A stretch of 63,418 nt of DNA, filler included, from Folioceros fuciformis (GCA_049999805.1; 10 parts of 10 records of this genome joined end to end with filler, not necessarily neighbours in it); one strand, 5' to 3'. Shown: positions 36,346 to 49,202, numbered from the whole stretch's first letter. The notes: a model not told the origin generated them from the letters alone. A program made the numbers and translations.

Positions 36346-38642
36346 TCCTCCACGATGAGATCTTTATGTTTCTTTGAAATATGACGCATGCCACGGGGTC
36401 AAGATGCGATTCCGCACTTGGATTGCTTCATCTGGAAACAGAACGAGCTTAGCGTACGTTTTCCTGGTTGGTAGCTCATCCTGTAGACCAGCGTCTAACA
36501 AAGTCACTCCCGTATAGCTTATATGAAAGTCCTTGGCATCAAGGATCAAAAGCTGACAACACACGTGGCAACAGGAAGCTCTATCTTCCACAGATTTATG
36601 GCATGTGGATTCCTACTGGTCCATCTTATCGTATCAGCCTGTCTCTCCGTGCTCTTCTACAAAGTCAGGCAGTGGTATGTATATATAGTATTTCTTATGG
36701 TGGCCGATGGTATTGACATGGTATGAAACATTACAATTCGTAGTTTGTATGATTTTTTTTTCTTTTGAATATCATATTAATATATTCCATCAGATTTTGA
36801 GATGTCTCGGAAACCTTGATGTGACCGCTTCACTGCCTCTACAAAGGCACGCTCGGCACCAAAGCGGTCACAATTATTTTGCTTTCGGACCATCTCTATT
36901 GATTAGACTTAAATTTTTCCAAGCGTATGTGAACCAAAGAGGGTTTTTACTAGAAAGGGCAGTGCCGGCCTTCTATTTCTCATGAGCGGACAATTGCATC
37001 TTGCCATCTATACTCTACTAGGTTTAAGGTTCTTATGAGCAAGGGGTACCATCTTGCCCTCTCGTCTCTAACAGATTTAAGGTTTTTATGAGGAAGAAGC
37101 AACACCTCACCCTTTCCCCTTAGCATGGCTCTCAGCCAAGGTGAGACCTAAAGAAGCCATCCAGGGAAAGGCCCAATTAGTTCAAAAAGGGTGGCCATGG
37201 GTTTATAAGTTTCATTAGAAACATACATAGGATGGACCTTATGAAGGATGAACTACAGTTTGGTTCTTTCTAGCCTTTGAAGGATGACATCTAAGTTAGG
37301 GGCATGCAAGGAATTAGTGGATTGTTTATCACCCAAACTATGGTTACTCTAGTAGGCTTCCTTATATAAAATTCCAATGCTTAAGAACTAGCCTTAAGAC
37401 CCCACCTTTTCAGATGGCTTGGATGTTAGGGAAGCAAGTAGAGGTGTCTTAGGTCTCTCTTTAACTTTCCAACGACGGATGTCTATTAGTGGTTGGTTCA
37501 CTCACAAAATGATAACTCCCCAAATGCCAATGGCTCCTAGTTTGAGACTTTCACTACAATGTAAGAAAGTAGCTATTAAGCTCTTATGGTTGGCAACAGG
37601 CATCCCTTCTAAGATTAGCATCACGATTTGGTGTTTCTTTCCATCTTGCTTACCAAACGCCGATTGATGGGACGGATTGTCGCTTGCTATTGGGGAGAAG
37701 ACATGTAGGTTGTGCGATACGAGCACCCCCAACAAAAGTCAACACTTGTTCTACTACTACGAGTGCTGGAGCCTCTTGTGAGCAGGGCTGACTGCGTGAG
37801 GGCTAGTGCTAGAAGAGTGTGGGTTCTTACGGGTTCTGCTAGGTTAGGAGGCAAACCCTGCTTCGCTCATTCAGGCGATTACGCCCATTGCCTTATGTCC
37901 CTAGGCTGTGATTTAGCTGGAGTGGCTGTGTGAGGTTGTCGCAAGTTCTTCTGAATTGAGGTGTAATACCTCGTGTGTTCATGTGGTTGCGCAATGGTTG
38001 ACCAGTTCTTGTGACAAGACCTAATTGTGTAAGTGTATGGGTGATACAACCTGCTAATGAGGGTTCAACGAGTCCGCGTTATAGGATGAGATCCGAGGAT
38101 GTACCTGTCCGAGGTACCCCAGAACGAGCGGGGGCAAGAAGGAGGTTTGTAGCAGAATAGAAGTTCCAATTAAGGCTTCACTCACATGTGAGTCCTAATT
38201 GAACTAGTTGATGAATGTCATGCCACGAGCAATTGATGAGTTTCGTGTAGAAAAAATGTGTCGCGTAACAATGCAAACACCATGTATTGTGTCAGTATAT
38301 GCAGATTTGCGGGTGTTAATAAATATAAATCCATCATGAAACGTAGTAATCTGACATGTATCACGTTGTTCGAGTTTTGTCCGATTTCATGTTTAGTCCT
38401 GAGTGTTTGATTCATGTGTTTTCCTATTTAGGTCGTTTCACTCAAATTGTCACACTGGTGTATCTACCTTTCTTTCCAATCAATTGTTGCATGATAATTG
38501 ATTGGAAAGAACGCGCAGGTTTTTCCAAATTAGGTTACTAACATATGCCTTAATAAAATTGCGACTATGCATTACAGGTACAATGTTGATGTTCCATGGT
38601 TCCTGATTTCGAACATTTTCTTCAAGAGTGTGCCAATCTACT

Positions 38643-40200
38643 CGCACACTCCGCATTGACATAGGAGTGTGCCGGTAGACAAGTGCACTCTCCCTTAGGC
38701 CCTGCATTTTTTTAACATCAATAAATTAAAACAAATAACTTATTTTTGTATAGGAGTAGGGAATGGTGTAGTGGTTGGTATTAAAACCTGACATGGGAGG
38801 TCTTGTGTTTAACCTTTGATTCTACAAACTCGGTATATGAAATTAACTTTTAGGCCTTTATTTTTCATCAAACAATTTCTTAAAAATACTCACTTAACTA
38901 CAGAAGTGCACCAGTTTACCGGCGCACCTGTAGTTAAAACCTTCATTTTCAACCAAGTAAACTTTCTTAAACATATTGACTTAATTGTAAGGTTGTACTA
39001 GTAGACTAGTGCACCTGCACTTGAAAACTTCATTTCTAATCAAGAAAACTTTCTTAAAAGTACCCACTTAACTGGACGAGTGTGCCGTTAGACCGGCGCA
39101 CTTGTACTTGGAAATTTCATTTTCAATCAAGAAAACTTCTTAAACATACCTTCTTAACTGCAGGAGTGCGTTGGTCTACCAGCGCACCCACACTTGAAAA
39201 CTTCATTTTCAATTAAGAATACTTTCTTAAATATACATTCTTAACCGTAGGAGTACACAGGTTTACCTTTGTACCCACACTTGAAAACTGCATTTTCAAT
39301 CAAGAAAACTTTCTTAAACGTACTCACTTAACTCCAGGAGTGCGTCAGTTTATCAGCACACTTGCACTTGAAAAACTTCATTTTCAATCAAGAAAACGTT
39401 CTTAAAACATACTCACTTAATTGCAAGAGTGAGCCGGTCTACCGACGCACTCGCACTTGAAAACTTCATTTTATTCAAGAAAAATTTCTTAAATATACTC
39501 ACTTAACTGTAGGAGTGCGCCGGTAGACTGGCGCACTCGCATTTGAAAATTTTCTTAAACATACTTACTTAACTGTAGGAGAGCACTAGTCTACCAGCGC
39601 ACTCACACTAGAGGAGTGTGCTGGTAGACTAGCACACTTGGACTACAGGAGTGTGCCAATAAATCGGCGTACCTAAATTGCTTGTTTTTCTATTTTTGAA
39701 TTATGGAGTTGAAGCACTAGGTAGTATAGATAAATAAAAAAAAGGTGATAAATAATCAATGAAGACATGTTCACACACGTAACGTTTACGTGGATACGCA
39801 CGCGGATACAAAGTTGGGATCGTACTGGCACACGCATCTACGCACTTCGCATTGACATTAGAGTGTACCGGTAAACTTGCGCACTTTCCTCTATACCTTG
39901 CATTTTTTTTACATCAATAAATTGTATCAATGACTTACATTTGTATAGGAGTAGGGAATGATGTAGTGGTCGGTGTTCAAAACCTCACATGGGAGGTTTT
40001 GTGTTTAACCTTTGATTTTACAAACTTGGTGTAGGAAATTAACTTTTGGAGGTTTATTTTTCATCAAGAACTTTCTTAAAAATACTCACTTAACTGCAGG
40101 AGTGTGCCAGTTTACCGGCGCACTTGGAGTTGAAAACTTCATTTTTAAGCAAGTAAACTTTTTTAAACATACTAACTTAATTGCAGGATTGCGCGAGTAG
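38643..40200. repeat. About 87-bp satellite array inside a higher-order duplication of about 1.2 kb
   Basis: CACTTAACT..GGAGTGCGCCGGT..ACCGGCGCAC..CTTGAAAACTTCATTTTCAATCAAGAAAACTTTCTTAAA at about 38891, 38979, 39065, 39152, 39239, 39325, 39414, 39500; 38643-39010 is repeated at 39841-40200. Confidence 0.9.
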
Positions 40201-41297
40201 ACGAAAGATGGTCCAGAGATAGAAATATAGTAAAAGCAACCTCACCAACAACCATGCCAAATTGGGATCAGTCCCATCGTGTAGCCTGAACCTATTATTT
40301 GAGATTACTGTGAGTCATTTAAAGAAGGAAAAATATTTCTAAGTATGAATATCTTTGCATACTATCGAACAAAGAAAGATGTAACACTATACATGTAGGG
40401 AAGGTCTACTGATTTCTCATTCAGTAGATCATTTGAAGTTTTGCAAGGAGTGAATTACTTCGATCAATCTATGACAAATATTTTTTAGTCCTCCAAGTTC
40501 AAATAATGGTAACGATTCCATTTAGGGTTCGTTGTTTGGTTCTTGCACTTTTCTTGTCTTGTAAGTGATCAAGTCATGACTTGAAACGAGTCATGCATTA
40601 GAATTTGATTAGAGATGATGTTTCCTTGTAGACGACATCAAAGTGGTTCACGCAAGCAACTAACGCTAAATTGCGGACGCAAGGTTTTAGGAATGAATTG
40701 CAGGTTCCTAAGGAACGCATTAAAGGTTCCAAGAATTCTTGGATGCCAAATCTCAAACACAAATGGGCCATCTACATTATCATTATTGTGCTAGTTGGGT
40801 CAAGTAAGTGTTGTTTTCTTAGCATGATCATGTATTTTGATTTCTTGATTTGTTCTCAATTGAATCCATCTTGGTACTTGGTGCAAGTATCTTTGGAACT
40901 TTGCATCAGTTGAACATCATATAACTTGTAGAATGAGCTGCAAATTTGGCTCCCATCTTTTTGTGTTAGGCCAATGAGNNNNNNNNNNNNNNNNNNNNNN
41001 NNNNNNNNNNNNNNNNNNNNNNTTAATTAATTAANNNNNNNNNNNNNNNNNNNNNNNNNNNNNNNNNNNNNNNNNNNNCTCGCTGTCTAGTCATGGCGGA
41101 GTCGTGTCTCCGCCTCCCTCGTCCGCTTCTGGGGACCTGACCTCGTCTCGCCTCGCCTCTCCTCTCCTTACATCGTCGTCGCCTCCACGCTCCTCGCCTT
41201 TCGCCTTTTTTTTTTTCTGCTTTCTTTTTCTTCTTCGGCCGTGCTGTGCCGTGCCGTGCGGTGGCGTGGCCCCGGGAAGGCTTCCCTTCCTCCCACC

Positions 41298-43538
41298 ATG
41301 TCGGCTGCCACGGTGATGCGGAGCTACGGTCACATGCTTTCCCCAGGGCTGTTCCCGCAGGACCCGCTGCCGCTCGGGAATCACTTCAAGTGGGGAGCCT
41401 CTCCGTGGATTGACACCAAGCAGCAGCAGCTCCCGCAGCAGCCGCATGCGGAGCCCGACTTCTTCGCCGGATTGGATCTGGGCTTCCCCACCGTGAAGGA
41501 GGAGCAGGGCTTGCTGGGCTCCGTGTCCAGCGAGCCCAAGAGCGTGCTGGATTTTCGCCCCAGCCCGGGCAACAGCCCCAACCNNNNNNNNNNNNNNNNN
41601 NNNNNNNNNNNNNNNNNNNNNNNNNNNNNNNNNNNNNNNNNNNNNNNNNNNNNNNNNNNNNNNNNNNNNNNNNNNNNNNNNNNCAGCATGCCGGACCTCA
41701 TCGCCATCCAGCCGGGGGAGGATCCCATGGCCACTTTCCCGCCCATCGTGGATTCCGAGGACCACCAGCCAGCGCAGGAATGCGAGCTCGACTTCGTCCC
41801 CTTCGTCCTGTCGCAATTCGGCATGCACCAGGACCTCTCCGACTGTATCATGGACGGGGTGCCCGTAGATGTCGCGCACTCCTTCTCCTCCCCTTCTGAC
41901 TCCCACCACCTCAAACATTCCGCTTCCTTCTCCGACTTCTCCTCCTTCGAAGACCCACCGCCCCTCCGCCGCACCTCCACCTTCCCAGATTACCACCTGC
42001 GCCACCACCAGCAGCAGCAACAGCAGGACGCGGGGCTCGAGGACCTGGTGTTCCCCCACTTCTCTCGTCTCCTCGACACACATTTCATCGACAGTCACTC
42101 GTTCCAGCCGGCCACCAACCTCGCCATCACGCCAAAGCCCGCGGAGTCCGTTCTTCGGCAGGTCATCTCGGGCGGGGAGGAGGAGCAGCTGGTGGCCCTC
42201 CGCCCCACCCAGGAGCGCCTCGTCCCCGCTCAGCCCCTCGTGCAGGAGAACTCGGGCCTCGTGCTCGTCCACCTTCTGCTCGGCTGCGCCGAGGCCATCA
42301 ACGAGTGCGACGACGCACTGGGGAGAGACATCCTCCCCCGCCTCCTCGACCACTCTTCTCCTTACGGTGATCCCATGCAGAGGATTGCCATCTATTTCGG
42401 GGAAGCTCTGCGAGAGCTGCTGGAAAAGCGCCGGGCAGCTCGCCTCTTCCACCAGTCCCAGCAGCAGCAGCAGCAACAACAGTTGCAGCAGAAGCAGCAG
42501 CAGCAACATCAGCTGCAACAGCTGCATAAAAACCAGCAGCTGCAGCAGCAGCAGCAACAACAACAACAACAGCTGCAGCAGCAGCAGCAACAGCAGCAGG
42601 ACATGGGTTCCAGGATGGGGGATCAAAATGTCCCTGGTTCCAGTCTGGACCACGATCTGGCGTACCAGGCCATGTACCAGGTGCTACCCTTCATCAAGTT
42701 CGCACAATTCACAGGGAACCAGGCCATCCTGGACGCGGTGGGGAAGCGGGACAAGATCCACATCATCGACTTCGACATCAAGCAAGGGCTGCAATGGCCG
42801 GGGCTGATACAGTCACTAGCGGTGCGCCAGGGGGGCCCGCCGGAGCTCAAACTTACGGGGATCGGGACGGACATGAGAGTGCTGGCGCACACAGGCCGAA
42901 GGCTGGCGGACTTCGCCGACTCGCTTAACGTCCGCCTGCACTTTAAGGCGGTGGTGGAGAAGGTGGAGAATCTGCACCCGCTGCTGTTCGATCTGGAGGG
43001 CGACGAGGGACTGGCGGTCAACTGCCCCACCGTGTTGCACCGCCTGTTGCCCAACCAGAACATGCTTGACAAGGTGCTGCGCATGGTTATGAACCTGCAG
43101 CCCGCCGTGGTGACGCTCCTGGAAGTGGAGGGCGCGCCCCACAACTCCTCCTTCATTTCCAGGTTTGTGGCCGCGCTGCACTACTACAGCGCCATGTTCG
43201 ACTCGCTCGAGGCCACGCTCGAGCGCGACTCCACCGAGCGCCTCCGCATCGAGAGCTTGTGCCTCGCTAACGAGATTCGCAACATCCTTGTCTGCGACGG
43301 CCAGCACGTCAGGACTGATGTTTGGCGCTCCTACTTTCACCGGGCTGGGTTTACGGGGCTCTCCCTCAGCGATCATGCTCTTTACCAGGCCAAGCTGCTG
43401 CTCGGACTCTACTCCTCGTCTTCCTACAAGCTCAACGACGACGGCTTTTCGGCCACTCTGGGCTGGCAGGAAATCCCCGTCGTCGCTGTGTCTGCCTGGC
43501 GACCTTCCCCCCATCCTGTTGCGAGCCTGCCCACCTAG
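41298..43538 (+). CDS. GRAS-family transcription factor, apparently intronless
   Basis: LVHLLLGCAEA, GDPMQRIAIYF, PFIKFAQFTGNQAIL, IHIIDFDIKQGLQWP, RFVAALHYYSAMFDSL, VSAW; ATG at 41298; N gap at 41584-41683. Confidence 0.95.
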   Translation: MSAATVMRSYGHMLSPGLFPQDPLPLGNHFKWGASPWIDTKQQQLPQQPHAEPDFFAGLDLGFPTVKEEQGLLGSVSSEPKSVLDFRPSPGNSPNXXXXXXXXXXXXXXXXXXXXXXXXXXXXXXXXXXSMPDLIAIQPGEDPMATFPPIVDSEDHQPAQECELDFVPFVLSQFGMHQDLSDCIMDGVPVDVAHSFSSPSDSHHLKHSASFSDFSSFEDPPPLRRTSTFPDYHLRHHQQQQQQDAGLEDLVFPHFSRLLDTHFIDSHSFQPATNLAITPKPAESVLRQVISGGEEEQLVALRPTQERLVPAQPLVQENSGLVLVHLLLGCAEAINECDDALGRDILPRLLDHSSPYGDPMQRIAIYFGEALRELLEKRRAARLFHQSQQQQQQQQLQQKQQQQHQLQQLHKNQQLQQQQQQQQQQLQQQQQQQQDMGSRMGDQNVPGSSLDHDLAYQAMYQVLPFIKFAQFTGNQAILDAVGKRDKIHIIDFDIKQGLQWPGLIQSLAVRQGGPPELKLTGIGTDMRVLAHTGRRLADFADSLNVRLHFKAVVEKVENLHPLLFDLEGDEGLAVNCPTVLHRLLPNQNMLDKVLRMVMNLQPAVVTLLEVEGAPHNSSFISRFVAALHYYSAMFDSLEATLERDSTERLRIESLCLANEIRNILVCDGQHVRTDVWRSYFHRAGFTGLSLSDHALYQAKLLLGLYSSSSYKLNDDGFSATLGWQEIPVVAVSAWRPSPHPVASLPT
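42459..42599 (+). repeat. Coding CAG/CAA microsatellite (47-aa Q-rich tract)
   Basis: Read directly from the sequence. Confidence 0.95.
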
Positions 43539-45402
43539 GCCTCTTTGCCCCTTCCTTCTCGTCTCGACCTATCCGTCACCCCATCCTCCCTTTTCGTTTC
43601 CTACGCCCGCTGAGACAACGGACACCGGCAGCTTCACTCGTCCTAACCAGCCCTTACCCTCTATGGTGCTGCAGCAGTGGTGGAGCAGATGCAGGATCAG
43701 GAGCAGACTGCCACTTGTACAGATTTCCACTCCTCATTAACCCTATTCATCTGCTAGCCAGCTACCCAGCCAGCCAGCCAATTTTTCCACACGACTCCAG
43801 CTGCTTCCTTCCCCATGGCCAGAGCCACCCACCACCACGTCTTTTTACGTCTCCCACCTTGCCTCTTACCTTCTCACACTTCCTGCCCGAGCCCGAGCGC
43901 CAGCAGGTTGTCGGAGGCATGAGGTGTTCCTTGCTTGGCTTTGTCTGCCCCTCTGTCTGCAGCAGTATGTTGCAGACAGAAGAGCCCCTCGCTCTGCCTT
44001 CCTTCACTTTCTCGATGGTGTATCTCAGAAGGAGCAGACAAAGAAGGACGGAGGGTATTTGGATTGTATCATGGTGCTCCGTAGGATGCGCAATAAGTAA
44101 GTTTGTCCAGCCAGCCGGAGGAGACGTTTTTTTCGATTTCACTGGCAGTGAGCAACCACAACAAGGTGTGTGTAGTGTCTTCAGTCATAGTATTTTGGTC
44201 AAGTGGATGATGGTCCCACTGGAGCTTGTGATTCTCGGCATGTTTACACAATGTAAATGTATCTGTCTCGTCATCATAGCGTGGATTGTAGGTCTCACCC
44301 TTACTGCACAGCTAGAGAAGCTGAATAATGGAGGGAAGGAAGGATTGCTTGCTGGTGCCTTTGATTCCTCCTGTCACCTGGCCCTTTTGTACTCATATCC
44401 ATGTACAGGTAGGTAGGCAAAACCAACTGGAGACACGTATTGAATGGACTGTAGCAGAACCTATGATGGCCTATGATATCGGTTGGCGTCCTTTTAGAGA
44501 GACCTGGATGACCTTTGCTCATGATGTCGAGCTCTTGTAACTCCATGGTGCAATCTCATGCACCCAATGCAACAACACAATGCACTTGTACCGTCTACTT
44601 CTCCTCCTGGACACGAATTGCCTTTTTTTCTTCCCGTCCCTGCAAATATGGATCGCCTTTCTGCGTGCCAAGCTTGGACGACAATGACCGCTATCACCTT
44701 TCTCATGCTGTCGGTTCGTTCGTGTGCACTGTGCGCTCGTGGTGCAGCACAACTCAACCAACAAACACACACATCACTCCTCCAACTCCGTATGTGTACA
44801 TGTGCATACATACTATGCTGAAAATACATACATACATATATACACACACAAACTTGCTTCCCTCGTCCAAGACACCCACACTCACCATCATCTCGAAATC
44901 TGCGCTCACAACATGTAACCAGTCACTTTGAGTCCGATGCAGCAATAAATGGTGACCTTCTCAGACCAGGCGTGGGCCTTCAGTAAAACGAGCCAAATTT
45001 CTAGAGTCCTAGACTGTGGACTGCCACTGCCTGGAAACACGCAATCCACCAAACAGTGAAAACCTTGCTGGTACTAAAAAGAGGGCCACATCTGCCACTT
45101 TTTGACGGCACCAAGCTCGTGAACGTCGTTCCTTGGGTCTCGCAACCAAAGGCAAGTCAACATAGAGCATTGACGTGCCAGCACACGCGCACCCACGCAC
45201 ACACAAACGTCCTGAGCCAGACCGGTAATCAGCTGCCTAATCAACTGTACAAAAAGAAACAGAACGGAATGCATGACCATACGCTTGTACACATGTAGCT
45301 GTGGCACACAACGTTCGAGGCTAATAAGGGTGGCTGTGTCCCCATAGTCATTCTCCTTTTCCCAACCCCCAAAAATGAAGCAGACACTACTCGCCTCTGC
45401 GC

Positions 45403-48096
45403 TCATCTCAGGCTCTCTTCTAAAGTGAACGGGAGCTCCACAATCTGGTCGCTGCGCATGACCTTGAGAATCACTTTATCGCCAACTTGGTAGTCGTCTA
45501 ACACCTTGGAAAGTTCTCCAGCATTCTTGATCTGCACCCACAACCAGTGGTCACAATTTTGATGCCGATTTTTGTCCAGAAGAAAACTCTGCAACTTGCC
45601 ATGGAAAGCTTTTTGTTGCTTACACTGGCGTCCCCGACTCCTACAATCACATCGCCCAGAATGATATTGCCAGCTAACCCTCGCCTGGTTGGCAGCAGCC
45701 CGGCTTTGGCTGCAGCACTGGCATCTGGCACCTGGAAAAAGTTGCCACCAGCCGAACCCGGAGGTTAGCGAGGCTGATCAGCAGGACGAAAAATACAGCC
45801 TAAATCACGCGGGATAAGGGACCTGGGACCAGATCTCTCACCGTGATCACCAAAGCTCCGCTTCTCACGTTCACCTGCCTGGCCACTGCATCCGGTGCGA
45901 ATTGAACGTTCAACCCGGGGTGCAGAACCTGCACAGCATCACGGCATTTCGGTCAGAGGTGCCGCGCTTTTCAGCGTCCCCACTTGTTGGATGGGAACGC
46001 GGTAAAAGTCTCCCACCTTGCCATATGTGATGAGCTGAGGCACTAGCTTTGCGACGGCGTCGATAGGAATCGCAAAACCTACGCCGGCAGATGTACCTGA
46101 CCACAGCGCCTTCCTGTGCAAGTAAGTTTCACAGACTGCGTCCCATGCCGAAGTCAAGCCACAGCAATTAGATTGAGAAGGAGTGGGAACCTGTTCTGGT
46201 GAAAATTGCAGTGTTGATGCCGATCAGATTGCCGTAGGAATCCAGCAGGGGACCACCGCTGCCAAACAAATTCACACACGAACCCTAGTACCCGGGACAA
46301 GACTCCAAGTACGTTGGCATACACACTTCGAGATTCAGCAATACCTGTTACCAGGGTTGATGGCAGCATCCGTCTGGATGCCTCCACCAATTACAACTCC
46401 TGTTTGGCTGTAAATATCTCTGTTCAACCCGCTTACGACCCCCACCGTGAGAGTATGGTCGAATCCGAAAGGGTTTCCAATAGCCAGACACCTTTGACCA
46501 ACCTTCAGCTTTGATGAGGCTCCTAACTGGATTGGCCTCAGAAACTCAACCGGAGCATCCACCTGAAGGGCCAGAAAGTCAGATGAGTGAACGACAAGGC
46601 ATGCTGAACACACTTGGTTCTTTATGTGCTGAGGTCACCCCACCTTGACCACAGCCAAGTCTTTGGCCTTGTCTGCACCAACCAAGCTTGCTTCAAAGTT
46701 CTTTTGGAATCTGTCCCAAACAAGATACAACCTACATCAGGTGATATGCACTCAGGATGACATGTTTGGCTAGCAGCGGAAAGTCAAGGACAGATCCATT
46801 GCTGGTTACTGCACAAGAAAAGGCAGGCATGGTGGGCTGTGCATCTGCTTACCCGTCTGCCCCTAACAATGTGACACGGGCAACTACTTTCCCACGCGCT
46901 GGGTTTTGAGAGAGGGCGCTCCCAATCACTGCTCCAGCAGACCATAGAGGTCAAGAAAATAGTCATGAGCGCAAGCATTCCCGACACCAGTAAATCTAGC
47001 TTAGTAGCCACAGCAACCGTCAGAGCAGGCACTTGCCATGATAATTAGTCACAATATGCCCTTCCTCGTCCCAGATGATACCAGTTCCATTTCCCTCCGG
47101 AACCTGGAAAATAACCATCGGTTTCAACAGGAAACATTCAGACAGCCAGTTACATCCGCTGAAACGATGTTTGGGAGTCTGGGACAAAGGGTGGCACCTC
47201 CACAGAACCAGTCATGTTCACTTGTGGCCGCAGTGTGACGTCGAAGATGTTCACTACCGAGTACGTTGTTCTCTCAAAGAGTTCTACCGTTCGCTCCTAC
47301 CAATTGCGCAGATAATTCGCAGATGAAGGCTCGTGAAGTGTCTGACAACAATCATCACACATCCAACTTCTGTCTAGCAAGTGGGATGCTAGGACAAAAA
47401 CCAAGTTGATGAATCGGGACACGTGACTCAATCGTACCACTGGGCTCTACTGTCCTCAGGATTTGTTTTTCAAAAGTGCGGACATGTTTAGTATGGGAGA
47501 CACGCACCTCAGAAGGTGGGAGCCTTCCTGCAGGGGCAACAGGGGGTGTGACCTCCTCAATGGTAACTGTTGGATCGCCCAAAGCTCTTGCTTCACACAT
47601 GAAACCAACAATGAGGACACAGTCAGTTAAACCTGCAGGCGCTCATTCATTCATCAGACCCACCGAGAGAGAATCGCACATGAATTTGCAGATTCCAGGA
47701 CCCCAAAAAATCCTTCACGATACCGGGGTAATCAAATGCACAAGTGGACGCCAACATTGCCAAAGCTCCTCCAGCAAGCAACCGTCGGCTAAAATGCCAT
47801 GCTGTCTGCGAATTTGGCGAGTTCGGCGCTTCCTCATCCCTCCCACGATTCCTGTCATCTTGCAGCTCTGCACCTGATGCAGCACTCGCACTCGGAACAG
47901 AGCTTCTGGATGTGGTTTGTGTGGTTCTGGACCGCACTCGCCTGTCAGCAGGGACTGTCACACCCGAACAATCACATTCTAACGATGCTAGCGTTGGCAC
48001 CACAGCGAGATTCCGGAGCTGTTGAAATCGCAAACCCAAGCTGAGAGGGGAGAAGCTGGTGGAGGCACAAAGCGTGCTGGGAGGAAGAGGAGACAT
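45403..48096 (-). CDS. DEG8: Chloroplast Deg/HtrA serine protease with PDZ domain, DEG8-like, multi-exon
   Basis: Transit peptide with RR motif, SVVNIFDVTLRPQ, PEGNGTGIIWD..HIVTNYH, DLAV, GNPFGFDHTLT, IQTDAAINPGN|SGGPLLD, LPTRRGLAGNIILGD. Confidence 0.9.
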
Positions 48097-48530
48097 TTTG
48101 TTCAAACAGTCCGAGAATCCACAACATCAGGAGTGTAGGGTTTTAGAGAGGTGACACCTGTTACATACATTATATCTACGTACGTCGCATTTTCAGGTCT
48201 CAAAGTCGTGATGGGATGTGAAAAAAGTGCCATGTCCTGTACAGGAGTGCGAGACTCGTGTGTTCGAAATGGAGAGCTCAAAGCTTGCAAAGGCTCCAAG
48301 TATGGCATAATCTTCGTGTGTGCTATCCGCCAGTCGGGGCATCACGCACGAGTATGCAATTCACAGTGGGGCAGGCACAGAGGATGCTACTGAGCTGCTA
48401 CATACACAAATTTGGTGCAATTTGCGAATACCTCTAGTCTATCAGTAGGCCGCATATTTACAGAATACGTCTAAACTGGAGGAGGCTGGAAGAGTGGAAG
48501 ACTATCGAGCTTGGTGGGTCGGGAATCGGA

Positions 48531-49202
48531 TCAGCTGCTGCTGCAAAGAATAGAGGCGAAGGACGAAACGATAACACCAACTACGACGGAGAGAAACAGC
48601 GTGAAGAGTATCCACTTCCTCTTGAACTTGTTCACGTAGTCTTCGCCCGGCTCCTGGTACCTGACCTCGAACTCCAGCTCTGGCACCGAATCCAAAGACG
48701 TCCCCCTCAACGTCCTCAGCTTGTCGTTGGCCAGGCCCAATGTGAGCTTGTGACATCGTCGCTGGTACTTGAAGCCGTTTATCACTCTCAGAGTCTGCGA
48801 CATGGCAACGTAGAACATGAAGCAAGCGCAGACGAAGAGCGCGATGGCAGTCCATGAGTGATGGCACTTGAGGCGCGGTGCTTGGATGACCCCCACGAAC
48901 AGAATCGCCACAAAGATGAAAAAGAAGGCAAATAGCTTCCACAGCTTCTTCTTCTGCGCATCCACCTGCTGCTTCTTCTCCATGGTCTTCTCGAAGTGGG
49001 CATGGATGATGGACTGCAGAGCCTGGGTGGCTATGTCCCTGCTCACGAGCACTGTGCTGTCAGCTTGGGCTGCTGCAGCACCGGAAATGTCCACTAGAGT
49101 TTCCTCCATGCTGTAAGCCTGGTCGACTGCACACTCCCCGTCACTTGCTACTAGCTTCTCCTTCGAGTGGCGTTGGTCCTCCGAGACCCTGAAGTGAGAC
49201 AT
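48531..49202 (-). CDS. Uncharacterised plant membrane protein (about 3 TM segments), single exon
   Basis: 223-codon ORF with three hydrophobic segments and the motif TLRVINGFKYQRRCHKLTLGLA. Confidence 0.75.
   Translation of the reverse strand: MSHFRVSEDQRHSKEKLVASDGECAVDQAYSMEETLVDISGAAAAQADSTVLVSRDIATQALQSIIHAHFEKTMEKKQQVDAQKKKLWKLFAFFFIFVAILFVGVIQAPRLKCHHSWTAIALFVCACFMFYVAMSQTLRVINGFKYQRRCHKLTLGLANDKLRTLRGTSLDSVPELEFEVRYQEPGEDYVNKFKRKWILFTLFLSVVVGVIVSSFASILCSSS

Noticed and set aside
36990..38160. Possible solo LTR (TATA at about 37363, LTR-like texture)
   Set aside because: No matched TG/CA inverted termini, TSD or second copy identified.
38870..39660. Palindromic repeats as CRISPR-like
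   Set aside because: The sequence between palindromes is itself repeated, so this is a satellite.
41091..44416. Long antisense and alternate-frame ORFs over the GRAS gene (520, 312 and 364 aa)
   Set aside because: Shadow ORFs from high GC3 and the CAG repeat; no domain signal.
44663..44676. CGTGCCAAGCT partial resemblance to miR536
   Set aside because: Only about 11 nt match and no precursor hairpin is evident.
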